Shown here piece after piece: positions 50,277 to 60,660 of a stretch of 64,000 nucleotides of DNA. The position numbers and the translations under genes are program-made. Where the stretch lies: assembly GCA_963834025.1 (NCBI GenBank), contig CAWIAI010000008.1, forward strand, positions 20,080 through 84,079, read 5' to 3'. Below the pieces are notes generated by a model, which saw only the letters and a program-made list of their open reading frames with translations, made no database searches and was not told the origin of the DNA. How positions within the stretch are numbered: position 1 is the first letter of the stretch; each line of letters opens with the position of its first letter. This DNA comes from an uncultured Acidobacteriota bacterium. Its GTDB lineage: Bacteria > Acidobacteriota > Terriglobia > Acidiferrales > UBA7541.

Positions 50277-51020
50277 ATGAAGAGGAAATCCAAGATCCTA
50301 ATCGGCTCGGCAATTGTCTTTGTCGCTTTACTCGTCGCACTGTACCTCGCAGGAAAACGGTTTGGCGGTGGTCCCGGCAGCCCCACCGTAGAAGGCTCCC
50401 GGGCGGTAACGGAGGGTGGTATCAAGATTCCCGGTTGGAACGGGAGAGTCGATGCTGCCGAAGAGAGGGCGGGCATGACCCTCGATGCTGCTCGGCTTGT
50501 TGGAGAGGGACAAGCCCTCCATGTCACAACCGGCCCCGCCACCAGTTACTGGAAGACCGATGCGATGGCGTCTGGCGACTTCACAGTCAAAGCGACATTC
50601 ATCGAGCCAAAATACATGAATCTCAACTCTCACCCGCATCCCTACGGAGTGTTTATCGGAGGGAACGACATGGGTACTCCTAACCAGACCGAGCTCTACT
50701 GCGCTGCATCTGGAAACGGAAAGTTTATCGTGCGCGGATTTGGACCAGAACCGTTCAGAATGACGGGACTGCTGGGTGGGAGCAACGCCGCGATTCATAA
50801 AGCAGCCGGGCGCGGCCAACCGGTGACTCAGGACATCTCGCTCTCGGTAAGAGGGGATAAGGTGGTGTGCTCCATCAACGGCTCGATTGTTGCAAGCTAC
50901 GACAAAACTGCCCTCGTAGGCTCCGGCAAGCTGACATCGACAAATGGCTATTATGGCCTCCGCTTCGCGCATAACACCGACGTGTTCGTCAGTAATCTTT
51001 TGGCCACGTCAACGAAGTGA
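50277..51020 (+). CDS. Secreted protein with concanavalin/DUF1080-like fold
   Basis: N-terminal membrane anchor; GDFTVKATF...GDKVVCSING...GYYGLRF. Confidence 0.6.
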   Translation: MKRKSKILIGSAIVFVALLVALYLAGKRFGGGPGSPTVEGSRAVTEGGIKIPGWNGRVDAAEERAGMTLDAARLVGEGQALHVTTGPATSYWKTDAMASGDFTVKATFIEPKYMNLNSHPHPYGVFIGGNDMGTPNQTELYCAASGNGKFIVRGFGPEPFRMTGLLGGSNAAIHKAAGRGQPVTQDISLSVRGDKVVCSINGSIVASYDKTALVGSGKLTSTNGYYGLRFAHNTDVFVSNLLATSTK

Positions 51021-51084
51021 AGGCCGCAGGGAAGCAGGCGACGGTGCAGTGCGACCGCTAGGCGCAAAAAATAGGGAGAGCATC

Positions 51085-51519
51085 TTGGCCGCAAGAATTC
51101 TCATGGTTTTTAGTGCGAGCATTGTCCTTACGCTTGGAGTCCTCCACCTTGTCTATACGTTCTGGGGCCCAAGCCTCACCCCCCGTGACCCCGCGCTGCA
51201 AATCAGCATGAGCCAGAGTTCACCTATTATAACGAAAGAAACAACCATGTGGCGGTGTTGGGTGGGCTTTAATGCCAGCCACAGCATGGGACTTATTTTG
51301 TTCGGCTTGGTTTTCGGTTATCTCGCATTGGCTCACGGCCAACTCCTGTTTCGGTCACCGTTCCTGCTTGTTGTTGGGCTGGCAATGCTGGGTGGTTTTG
51401 TTGTGCTCTGCAAGGTTTATTTTTTCAGTTGGCCTCTCACGGGCGTCAGCATTTCTTTGGCCTGCTATGTTGCTAGCGTTGCGCTATCGCGTTTTATACC
51501 GCCACTCGGGACAACATGA
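51085..51519 (+). CDS. Small membrane protein
   Basis: RBS AGGGAG, TTG start, four hydrophobic segments, WVGFNASHS motif. Confidence 0.65.
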   Translation: MAARILMVFSASIVLTLGVLHLVYTFWGPSLTPRDPALQISMSQSSPIITKETTMWRCWVGFNASHSMGLILFGLVFGYLALAHGQLLFRSPFLLVVGLAMLGGFVVLCKVYFFSWPLTGVSISLACYVASVALSRFIPPLGTT

Positions 51520-52146
51520 TGCCGCCAGAGTCGCAAAAAAGGACTCAGTCTCCGCGCCGGAGGCGCATGGCGCTGTTTACCGAAAACCCTTTGAGGAGAG
51601 AGTTATGGCGCAAGGCTGCGATTCACCTGCTCGGCTTGACCTTCGAGAGTTTTTGCGAGGTTCTTCCGACGCGAGCCCAGATTTGCCGAAAATTCAACAA
51701 ACGCTGACATTCGGCATCCGTCATCCACGCCAAGTTCCCCTGCTTCAGTTACTTAAGAGTGGTCAACATTTTGCAACTTCCTCCTGCGAATACAGAGCAT
51801 CTTGGGAGGTGCAACGATGAAACCGCTATCCATTCGTCAGTGGTACCACATTCTGCGAGCTCACCATCAGTGGACTATGTTCCAAGCGATTCGATATGCG
51901 CTGTGGCTGACGCGCTAGGCATTCTTCGACTCACGTACCGATTCGGGGTGAGAGCCAGCCGTTGGGTTGAGCGTGAGCTCTGCACTCTCAACCCCTCTAA
52001 AGCAACTCCGCAGAACTTCGAAGTTCTTGATACTTACTTGGACCGGGCGACAGATTTATTGTCCGTGTTTTTTGTCCGTGCGATGTTCCCTAAACGCCTC
52101 AAACATCTCGCATCTGCCCCCCCGCGAGAACCGCAAAAGAAATGGG

Positions 52147-53307
52147 TCACGGGAATGGGAAGGTCCAGATTGACAGGGCGTTGACGTTGTCATCCACGAA
52201 AGCGAACCGGCCGGTATCGTCATCGGAGCCCGACACATTGAGCCCAAACGAGCCGCCGGTATTCTGGTCGACCGATATTTCCCTGACAAACTTGCCTTCC
52301 GTGGTGAACTCGACAATTTCGCTGGGCTGGTTCGGATCGACGTTAATCGCGTCGTTATTGCTGACAAGAAGGTGACCGTTGGAGGTCATCGTCATGGCTA
52401 GAGCGCCGTGCAGGTGGGTGGCGTCTTCGTAGATTATTTTGCCTGTGCCGTTGTCGTGCGATCGATCGCCGGCGTCAGAAACCTCGAAGATGGCGTTATC
52501 GAGCGTTGAGGCGACAAAGAGAACATCTCTTTTTTGGTCGTAGACCAGACCCGTAGGAGCGTCCACGAAGGTGACCGGATCACACTGATGCCCGTAACCC
52601 GAGGCGATCGTCGTCGCTTTCTTTAAGGTCACACCGCTGGAGCTTACGGTTAGATCGAGGCGCACGATGGTGCCGCTCAGTCCATTTGCGACGAAAAGCC
52701 TGGCTGAGCCGCCCTGGTCGAAGAGCGCTGAATCCCAAGGACCATCGATGGAAGGATCGGTGATACTGCCCACTTGCTTGCCGTTCTTGTCGATGACCAG
52801 GATCGATCCGGCTTGGGCAGTGGTGCAGGAACCGGACAAATCGGGAGACGGAAAGTTGCCCACCAGTGTGAATCCAGTCCGCAGAATGTTTAGCGCCGTG
52901 GAAAGCCCGAGTGGTGGCGCACCCTGGAAGAAAACGGTTGCCGGTCCAGTCCCCTGGATTCTGACGATGGTAGTGCCGGTCCCCTGGGCATTGGATTTGT
53001 TGTTGAAGTTCGAAACGAGAATGTCGCCGGGATTGACGGCCCCGCCAGATGGAAACTTGTTGGGCACGAAGGCGACCCCGTAGGGGTTCAGGTCACCATT
53101 CCCTGGAATGGTGGAAACAACGCGAACATGCGCGGGAAGAAATGGCCGCGCATCATTGTCGCTGTCCTGAGCGGTGAGTGCAGTTGCGGGAAGTGCGAAC
53201 AACACAGCGGCACCGATGAGCGACTTCACACGAATGCTGGTGCTGCCCATGATGACCTGTGACGCCGACTTTCTAGTCTTTGGAATGATGCCGAGGCTGG
53301 TTTTCAT
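52147..53307 (-). CDS. Secreted beta-propeller protein (NHL/TIGR03118-like)
   Basis: NGDLNPYGVAF, ILVSNFNN, DGPWD, APTGL motifs. Confidence 0.7.
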   Translation of the reverse strand: MKTSLGIIPKTRKSASQVIMGSTSIRVKSLIGAAVLFALPATALTAQDSDNDARPFLPAHVRVVSTIPGNGDLNPYGVAFVPNKFPSGGAVNPGDILVSNFNNKSNAQGTGTTIVRIQGTGPATVFFQGAPPLGLSTALNILRTGFTLVGNFPSPDLSGSCTTAQAGSILVIDKNGKQVGSITDPSIDGPWDSALFDQGGSARLFVANGLSGTIVRLDLTVSSSGVTLKKATTIASGYGHQCDPVTFVDAPTGLVYDQKRDVLFVASTLDNAIFEVSDAGDRSHDNGTGKIIYEDATHLHGALAMTMTSNGHLLVSNNDAINVDPNQPSEIVEFTTEGKFVREISVDQNTGGSFGLNVSGSDDDTGRFAFVDDNVNALSIWTFPFP

Positions 53308-53933
53308 GCATTTTCTCCTTTCGTTTGAGGCTTACCGGTTACCGGTTACCGGTGTTCCGGTCGCGCCGGATAATTTCCAGAGATCTTCCGCGAGGAATTG
53401 CATGGCTGGACAGAGGTGCACTGCCTAGGATTCCCTCAAGTTCCACCGGCTCAAATGTGGGACCGGAAACGGTAGAAGAGATAACGCAGCGACGAAATCT
53501 AATTGCCACAGAAATGTACTTTTTTTGTCCGTTCCATGTTGGGGCGGGCCACACCGGGAAGTGTGAAGCGCACAAGTTGGTCGATATCGTGAATTCGTTC
53601 GCCGCAAGTCATTTTTTCCACAGACTACAAAATCCACCCGATTGACACCCGAGGTTTTTCAGCGTCATCCTCTCGTCAACAGAAGAGGGGTCCCCGATGA
53701 GTTCCGTGAATAGAAATTGGTACCTAGGAGGTTCTTCCGAGGCGGTTCGACCCGTGCCGTTCGCCGCTTTCGATTATGTGCTTTGTGCGGTTGCGTTTTT
53801 CCTCATGGGCATTGCCTTTAACTCAGACATCGCCGCGCTCGTTGCTTCTGTGGGCAAATAACTAGAATTATTCGGCCAGCCAGCGAGATTGCCACAGTGC
53901 TTGGGATGAGTGCCAAGATAAGCCTAGATTGCC

Positions 53934-54149
53934 TTAGCTGAAAAACCGCTGCCCTCTACACGACGCGAATCGACTGAGTCGCTGGTTTCTGCATGCGGAG
54001 CGGCTAGTCTGGAACAGCGGAAAGAAACGATGGTCGCAGTCTCTGCAACGATACGGGAACACGACAATCGATAGAGCTTTCTCGATCACGCCTCTTCTTT
54101 TCGATCTGCGAATAGAATTGCTTCCGCAATGCGAACACCTGATCGACAT
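53934..54149 (-). CDS. Small zinc-ribbon-like protein
   Basis: CSHCGS...PYRCRDCDHRF. Confidence 0.55.
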   Translation of the reverse strand: MSIRCSHCGSNSIRRSKRRGVIEKALSIVVFPYRCRDCDHRFFPLFQTSRSACRNQRLSRFASCRGQRFFS

Positions 54150-54168
54150 TATCCCCTCGGATCAGAAA

Positions 54169-54423
54169 TTAACGGCTGATTGTGCGACGCTCGGACTCAG
54201 CGCCGCTGGTGAGAGCACCGAAGTGATTTGCTTGGCGCACCCTCCTCAAAGGTACGAGGGTTCGGCAGTCGTTCTTGTCTGCCCACGTCCCTTCACAACG
54301 GTTGTGAAGAGCCACGATTATTTCTCCACGAGATGTGCTTACTAACAGCGATTTGCCATTGAACGGCGTAACCGCATCGGCGGCATCGTTGCAGTGGCTG
54401 CAAATCAATCCGAAGGTTGGCAT
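54169..54423 (-). CDS. Small Cys/His hypothetical protein
   Basis: CSHC...LHNRC. Confidence 0.4.
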   Translation of the reverse strand: MPTFGLICSHCNDAADAVTPFNGKSLLVSTSRGEIIVALHNRCEGTWADKNDCRTLVPLRRVRQANHFGALTSGAESERRTISR

Positions 54424-54727
54424 GGTGACACCTACGTCTACGAGGCTGGATTTGTAGGTGTAGCAGCAGGCAGACTGAGCTCGAAATACAGCGTCTCATG
54501 TAGATTTCCTGAGTACGCGGGCGTACCAAATGTCGGTCTTCATAACGTCGCGCCCCTCGTCAAACAGACTCGAACGATATTGAAGATGCACGAACTCTAA
54601 AAAGCCTCGTAGGTTCTCGCATGAATTCTAAAAAGCGAAGGGGGCCGCTCCTAGACGGGGCCTCGCCAGTACCCGCCAAGATACCAACGAGGCTCCTGAC
54701 AGTCGTTCAGAGGCGAACCCGCTGTTC

Positions 54728-55790
54728 CTACCCTGCCGCCGCCCTCGCAGAGTCGCTGCTTGAATCGAAAGGAACACGGGCGTGGATGGTGGTACCCCGC
54801 TTCGGTTGCGAGTCGATTGAAAGGGCACCGTTCAGCACTTTCAGGCGCTCCTCCATGCTGATTAGACCAAGACCCCGACTCTCCTTTGCTGCTTCGCGGT
54901 CAAAGCCCGCGCCGGAATCCTTGACCGTGAGGTGAATCTCATCCGACGCTCCCCATAATCGCACTTCGAAGTGCCGTACTCCACTGTGTTTCGCCGCATT
55001 GTGGAGGGCTTCTTGCAGAACTCTGAAGAGGCACAGAGAAATGTCCGGCGACAACGGGCGGGGCAGATCGTGGACGTTGAAGTCAATCTCAACTTTCTGC
55101 TGTTCGGAGAACTCTTGGCAGAAGCTTCTGATGGCTCCAGCAATACCCAGATATCGCAGTTTTGCCGAGTGCAATTCGTGCGACAAGAATTGAATGTCGT
55201 CGGCTATGTCCGTAATCTGCTTCTGGAATTCGCCCATACGGCTGCGGACTTCAGGCAAAATGAGAGTGTCTTCGTGGAGTTGTTGTAACTCGACAGCCAC
55301 AAGGGCGAGACGTTGACCGATGTCGTCGTGAAGCTCTCTGCCAATTCGGGCACGTTCCTGCTCCTGTGCCTCAATCAACTTGCGGCTGACGTTTGCGAAC
55401 GCGGCTTCCGCGAGTTTCCGCTCGGTGATGTCGATAAACGCGACCACCGCCCCAACAACCTTCTCCCCTCTACGCTGGGGATACGACCAATACTCAGCAG
55501 GGAAACTCGTTCCGTTCGCTCTCCAAAACACCTCGTCCTCCGCGTGGACTCCTTCCCCAGTTCGTGTTACCCGGTGAACTCGACACTCCTCTACGGGGAA
55601 CAGTGTCCCGTCCGAACGAGTGTGATGTATCAAATCATGCGTATTCTTGCCGAGGACTTGGTCAACGTGCTCGTATCCCAAAGTGCGGAGGCAGGCAGGG
55701 TTGCAGAACGTGCATCGGTGCTCGAGATCAATTCCATAAATGGCTTCGGCAGTGGAGTCGAGAAGAAGTCGAAGTTTATCCTCACTCTCG
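54728..55790 (-). pseudogene. PAS-HisKA_3 histidine kinase, N-terminally truncated
   Basis: Frame is open upstream of the listed start (ESEDKLRLLLDSTAEAIYGID) but has no start codon. ERARIGRELHDD kinase core similar to 32583-35507. Confidence 0.75.
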
Positions 55791-55840
55791 CAACGGCAAA
55801 CGCCGTTACTGAGGGGCCTATTCTTTTTTCAAAACGCCGT

Positions 55841-56671
55841 TTACGGCTTTGCCCTACGACGCGCAGTTGATGAATGGCTGTCCTGGCTATTAGCCTGTGG
55901 ATCGCCGCCGCAATCGTTGCGTAGCTCGTTGGGGGCTCCTGCCGGCGGCGGGCTCGTTGAGTTGTCGATGCAGGGGATCGCACTTAGATACTCGTACATG
56001 GCATCGATCTGATGGTCGGTCATGTTCGCAAACGTTGGCCACGGCATGACTTGGAGAAGATTACCGTCGGCCGTATTGCCGGGCGAAGTGGGAATGCAAA
56101 CTGGGAATGGGGGAGTACCTGTTTCGATTTGTGTCAGTTGCGCTGCCGTGCAGGTTGGATGGATGTGATCGAAATCGGTGCCGTCTCTGAGGATCTGCCT
56201 AAACCGTGCAAGCGTGTTGCCCCCTTCCGCGCGCCCAGTCTTGTCGGGTGTCAAGTTGCGGGTAATGATGTCTGGACCTGGATACATCGCAGGTCCGGTG
56301 GGAGTCCCGACGGGACCGAAGTCCATCCCCCCGCTCAGGTACACAGTCGGATCGACCTTGGTCTTCTGGTTAAAGTAGGGGTTTCCGCCTGCGGCGTAAT
56401 TGAAGTTTGGAGGCCCGCCGCTGGTGTGGCAACCGTTGCAGTCGCCAACAGCGTTGACCAGGAAGCTGCCCAGTCCCACCAAGTCCCGGTCTTTTCCTGC
56501 CAGATTCAGCGGGACGGGCGCGATCTCGAAACCTATACGGATGAGTTGCGCCTCGCCGTCATTGTCCCACGCTTGTACGCGCGGAGAAGTTCTCAACATT
56601 CCTACGAGAAAAATCACACCGAGTGTGACGACAACCCCCGTAGCGATTTTGACAAGTTGTTGTGACTTCAT
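55841..56671 (-). CDS. Cytochrome c family protein
   Basis: Signal/anchor, CNGCH heme motif, RNLTPD and MPW motifs. Confidence 0.8.
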   Translation of the reverse strand: MKSQQLVKIATGVVVTLGVIFLVGMLRTSPRVQAWDNDGEAQLIRIGFEIAPVPLNLAGKDRDLVGLGSFLVNAVGDCNGCHTSGGPPNFNYAAGGNPYFNQKTKVDPTVYLSGGMDFGPVGTPTGPAMYPGPDIITRNLTPDKTGRAEGGNTLARFRQILRDGTDFDHIHPTCTAAQLTQIETGTPPFPVCIPTSPGNTADGNLLQVMPWPTFANMTDHQIDAMYEYLSAIPCIDNSTSPPPAGAPNELRNDCGGDPQANSQDSHSSTARRRAKP

Positions 56672-57150
56672 TTGTGGATTCTCCTTTGTGGATTTGTCCT
56701 GGACCAGTCAAGTTCAAGCGGCCCAAAGCGAACGGACGTTCTCCTTCGACTGGCCGGTACACGCAAAAACACTGTGACCCTGCGAGTCATGGCCGGAGAC
56801 CCAGAAAACCCGTTGAAAAAACATGGGAACAACCGTTGAGAAAACAGGAAAAAAGGGGAACTGCGCGAAGTCTGCGCTCGTCGGTCCGAATTTGTCAAGC
56901 CGGAACAGCCGGAACAGGCTCCAATCAACACAAAGGTCGCGAACGAGCCGATCCGACGAGTTCATTAGCCAGTTCTTGCTGCGGTTTTCCATTTCACTCT
57001 TGAATGCCCCGTAGTGTCGACCGTTGGTTCGGCCCGCCGTCGAGGATTCCGCCCGAGTCAAACAGCGTTTCGAAGAAATCCGTTTGAGTAACGTGTCGCC
57101 TGTAGAAGGCCGCTCCTGTGAGCCCGTTTGGTTTGATCATCCAGTTTCAC

Positions 57151-57225
57151 TTGCCTGGTAAGTCGGGTTACCGTACATGTGGTTTTTGGCTTTGATTTCC
57201 TCCGGTAACCGCGTTATACGTCCAG
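57151..57225. repeat. Intact head-to-head pair of dif-like sites (75 bp), unoccupied IS target
   Basis: TTGCCTGGTAA-GTCGGG-TTACCGTACAT, 19-bp linker, TCCTCCGGTAA-CCGCGT-TATACGTCCAG. Confidence 0.9.
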
Positions 57226-57328
57226 GTGGATCGCTCCGCGTACATCGAGACCCCGGCACATTCCCAGGCGGCAAGGTTCACTGCGTTCGTACCTGGCCAA
57301 AGCACATGCTAGTCTGATGTGATAAGCG

Positions 57329-58879
57329 ATGAAAAACCGCGACACTCAGGCGACTTGGAAGTATCACGATGGCACAAAGCACTCCTATCGGAGCATTCGC
57401 AGCGATCCCCACTTCCTGGACTGGGCGAATCGACCGCTGCCTTTCAAAATATATCCAACGATAGAGCCGTTTCCGTTGCCGCGGGACGTGCCGCAAACAC
57501 GTGTTGCCGCGCTCTCCGCCATCGCACAGTCCTTACTACCGTGGAGCGGCGAGGTGGTCCCTGACCTGCAAGACCTGGCGCGTATCCTTTATTTCTCGGC
57601 GGGAATTACCAAGCAGCGCAAAGATCCAGGCGGAGAAATCTACTTTCGAGCCGCGGCCTGCACGGGAGCTCTCTACGAGATCGAACTGTACGTTTTGACC
57701 GGCGACCTGAAGGGCCTGGATGCTGGCGTGTACCACTTCAATCCGGCGGAAGTATCGCTACGGCTGCTGCGAAAGGGTGATTTTCGCGGAAACCTGGCTC
57801 GGGCGACGGCATTGCGACCCACGGTGGCTCGGGCGCCCGCGACTATAATCTGCACGGGAACGTACTGGCGAAACGCCTGGAAGTATCAGGCGCGCACCTA
57901 TCGCCATTTCGGTTGGGACCACGGTACGCTGCTGGCGAACATGCTGGCCATTTCTGCCGCTTCCGGGCTGCCTTCCGAGATCGTGCTGGGGTTCGTGGAT
58001 GTCGAAGTAAACAGCCTACTGGATCTTGACACCCGCCGTGAGGTTTCTTGGTGCCTTGTACCGATTGGGCGCACGTCGGAGCGTTTGTCACCTGCCCCGA
58101 GCGAGGCTGCGGCGCTGGGGCTCGAAACAATCGCGCTTTCGAAACGTGAGGTGGAGTATCCCGCGATGCTCGAGATGCACGACGCGTCTTCTCTTGGTTC
58201 CGAACAGGAAGTGGCGCAATGGTGCCGAAAGCGCCCGGTCTCTGCATCTCACGCTACGGCTAGCGAGGCGGTTTGGCTTCAACCACTACCGAAAGAAGAA
58301 GAACCAAAGGACACCATCGAGGAGGTCATCCAGCGCCGCGGCTCTTCTCGAAAATTCGATCCAACTAAATCGATTACGCTAGCCGAACTCTCAACCATCC
58401 TCGACTCCGCCACGCGAGGCACTCCTGCTGACTTCCTTGAGCCCTTTGGCACACAGCTCAATGACCTTTACCTGATCGTCCATGCGGTGCAAGGACTCAG
58501 GCCGGGCGCGTACTTCTTCCGCCGTCAGCAAAACGCGCTGGAGCTCTTGAAGGAAGGAGAATTCCGCGCCGAGGCATACCATCTTGGACTGGAGCAGCAA
58601 CTGCCCGCAAACGCCTGCGTGGACGTTTTCTTTCTCGCCGATTTAAACCGCATCCTGGAGCGATGTGGGAATCGTGGCTACCGCGCCGTCCAGTTGGAGG
58701 CAGGTGTGATAGGCGGCAAAATGTATCTAGCAGCGTATGCCCAGCGTCTGGGTGCAACCGGGCTGACCTTTTTCGACGACGACGTGATTCACTTCTTTTC
58801 GCCTCACGCGAAAGACAAGAGTGCCATCTTCCTGCTCGCGATTGGCAAGCCAATGAAAAAATCACGTGAGGCTTTCTAG
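57329..58879 (+). CDS. SagB/ThcOx-like tandem nitroreductase-domain protein
   Basis: FRAAACTGALYEIELY, WKYQARTYRH, RRGSSR, RGYRAVQLEAG, LGATGLTFFDD. Confidence 0.9.
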   Translation: MKNRDTQATWKYHDGTKHSYRSIRSDPHFLDWANRPLPFKIYPTIEPFPLPRDVPQTRVAALSAIAQSLLPWSGEVVPDLQDLARILYFSAGITKQRKDPGGEIYFRAAACTGALYEIELYVLTGDLKGLDAGVYHFNPAEVSLRLLRKGDFRGNLARATALRPTVARAPATIICTGTYWRNAWKYQARTYRHFGWDHGTLLANMLAISAASGLPSEIVLGFVDVEVNSLLDLDTRREVSWCLVPIGRTSERLSPAPSEAAALGLETIALSKREVEYPAMLEMHDASSLGSEQEVAQWCRKRPVSASHATASEAVWLQPLPKEEEPKDTIEEVIQRRGSSRKFDPTKSITLAELSTILDSATRGTPADFLEPFGTQLNDLYLIVHAVQGLRPGAYFFRRQQNALELLKEGEFRAEAYHLGLEQQLPANACVDVFFLADLNRILERCGNRGYRAVQLEAGVIGGKMYLAAYAQRLGATGLTFFDDDVIHFFSPHAKDKSAIFLLAIGKPMKKSREAF

Positions 58880-59077
58880 GCTTCGCGTCCGCTTTCAACC
58901 CGCTCGAATTTGGAACCTTGTCCAAGGCAGCCTGCTAGGAATTCGCCACCTGAGCACGGCGCGAGCTATATGTATATAGTACGCCAACATACACAAAAGA
59001 TATATCGGCATATACGAACCGGGCTTTAGTGCGACAATCAACCGTCAGCGGCCAACGGATTCGGACGGTCTGTTCTT

Positions 59078-59305
59078 ATGAACGCACGAAACAAGCGACG
59101 ATGGAACGACTTGTGCGGCGAGGCCGAAGTTGAGGAAGACCCTAAAAAACTGCAAAAACTCGCCGAACAAATCACTCGCATTCTTGACGAGGAACAGGCC
59201 CGGCTGAGAAGCCTTCAGGTCAACGCTGGAAAAAAAATCCCTGAGAGTTTGAATACCAGGCCCTTAGGTTCAAAAAACCTTTTCCCAAGTTTTGGATCCG
59301 TCTAA
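59078..59305 (+). CDS. Small helical hypothetical protein
   Basis: RWNDLCGEAEVEEDPKKLQKLAEQITRIL, a pattern recalled from acidobacterial small proteins. Confidence 0.5.
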   Translation: MNARNKRRWNDLCGEAEVEEDPKKLQKLAEQITRILDEEQARLRSLQVNAGKKIPESLNTRPLGSKNLFPSFGSV

Positions 59306-59426
59306 GGCGCGCGATAGATAGTTCCGACTCCAACCCCCATTTCGGCGGCGTATCCTTCGGTCGGTCGTCTTTTCAGCCCGAAGTGTCCCGTGCTAGTGAG
59401 ACGCCAAAATGAAGTGAAGGTTTCTC

Positions 59427-60269
59427 CTAGTCAGCGTTCTCATAGAGGTGAAGAATTTGCGAGGCACGCTTGAGCAAATCCGAGGGAGTGTCGCCGGGCT
59501 GGTAGTCCACCCATCCGGTCGTGTACGTGAGATTGATCCTCCGACCGAGGCAGGTCAGTTCAACAGGACCGAGGCGCCTTAAGACCAGCTCGACTTCGCC
59601 CAAGTTGCATTCCGGCAGCACCAACAGGAAATCGTCAGTGGCCCAGCGCACGGCAAAGTCGGAACCGCGGCACGCCTTCTTCAGGCGCCGCGCAAGTTCT
59701 TTTAACGCGGCATCCGTTGCCGAGAGACCACTACGCTCGCTGACCTCGTCGAACTCGTCGATGTGAATTGTGGCTAGGCTTAGCGAAGCGTTTTGCCGCT
59801 TGGCCCGGGCAATCTCTTTTCCAAGTCGCTGTTCAATGAAACCACGGGTGTACAAGCCGGTGGCCGGATCCAAACTGGTAGGGTCCGAGATTTGGCCGGC
59901 GAGCGATGCCGAACTGGCACTCTGCTCGGTCAGTTGTCTCCGTAGGCGCCGGAGCGACCAGTGCCGATAGAGGAGCCAGCCGTTGAATAGAAGAAGCAAG
60001 CACATCACGCCCCAGCGAACCTGATCCGAACGCAGGTCGTAAAAATGACCGGTGCGCCGGAAGAGAGAGGCGAACGAGGAAAGCAAGAAGGCCACTGCGG
60101 AAAGCGTGGTCACTAGGAACGCCGACAGCCACAGCCACCACTCGCGCCGTTGGAGTTGGCACAAGGCGGATTCCGCTTGCAGAGCGCGGATAACGGGAAC
60201 TCCCTCAAGTCGCGAGGAGCGTGGCCTGGCATCGCTACGGCCTAATATCGATTCCATGTTCCTTACCAA
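59427..60269 (-). CDS. Membrane GGDEF-domain protein with degenerate active site
   Basis: DPATGLYTR, HIDEFDEV, RGSD, ATDDF replacing GGDEF. Confidence 0.85.
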   Translation of the reverse strand: MVRNMESILGRSDARPRSSRLEGVPVIRALQAESALCQLQRREWWLWLSAFLVTTLSAVAFLLSSFASLFRRTGHFYDLRSDQVRWGVMCLLLLFNGWLLYRHWSLRRLRRQLTEQSASSASLAGQISDPTSLDPATGLYTRGFIEQRLGKEIARAKRQNASLSLATIHIDEFDEVSERSGLSATDAALKELARRLKKACRGSDFAVRWATDDFLLVLPECNLGEVELVLRRLGPVELTCLGRRINLTYTTGWVDYQPGDTPSDLLKRASQILHLYENAD

Positions 60270-60274
60270 CGGTT

Positions 60275-60619
60275 TCAGTCCGAACCAACCATTTCTGTGA
60301 CCCGCGACTCTGCATACTCATGTGGCTGAGAATCTGAACGCCCAGGAGCTATAGCCTCGGCCATGCGGAACACCGCCGCGAGCACTTCCAGCGCGACGCG
60401 ACAGTACAGAATCCACAAAGCGTATCCAACTAGTGCGCCGAGCAAGGCGAGCAAACCTTGAACCGGAGCCTGTTGAAAGGCCAGTGCGACCCAGGCAACT
60501 GCGGCGATAAGTCCTGCCAGTAGGTGTATCGCGTAAAGAAACTTCAGCATCCTCGGGGTGGCATATCTACGGAAAGAAAAATCCATCAAGCCTTCCCACA
60601 TCCCCGTCGCTTCAGACAT
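60275..60619 (-). CDS. DUF4282-like membrane protein
   Basis: RBS AGGAGG; DFSFRRYATPRMLKFLY...RVALE. Confidence 0.7.
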   Translation of the reverse strand: MSEATGMWEGLMDFSFRRYATPRMLKFLYAIHLLAGLIAAVAWVALAFQQAPVQGLLALLGALVGYALWILYCRVALEVLAAVFRMAEAIAPGRSDSQPHEYAESRVTEMVGSD

Positions 60620-60660
60620 TTTTACCTCCTCACATCGCGTTAAATAGAACGCCAATCGAA

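Noticed and set aside
877-57225. Repeats as a CRISPR array
   Set aside because: Spacing is irregular (tens of bp to tens of kb), orientation alternates, whole genes lie between copies, and no cas1/cas2 is present. The Cas4-like pseudogene is stand-alone.
57329-58879. RiPP (azole) biosynthetic cluster around the SagB-like gene
   Set aside because: No YcaO, E1-like partner or precursor peptide nearby.
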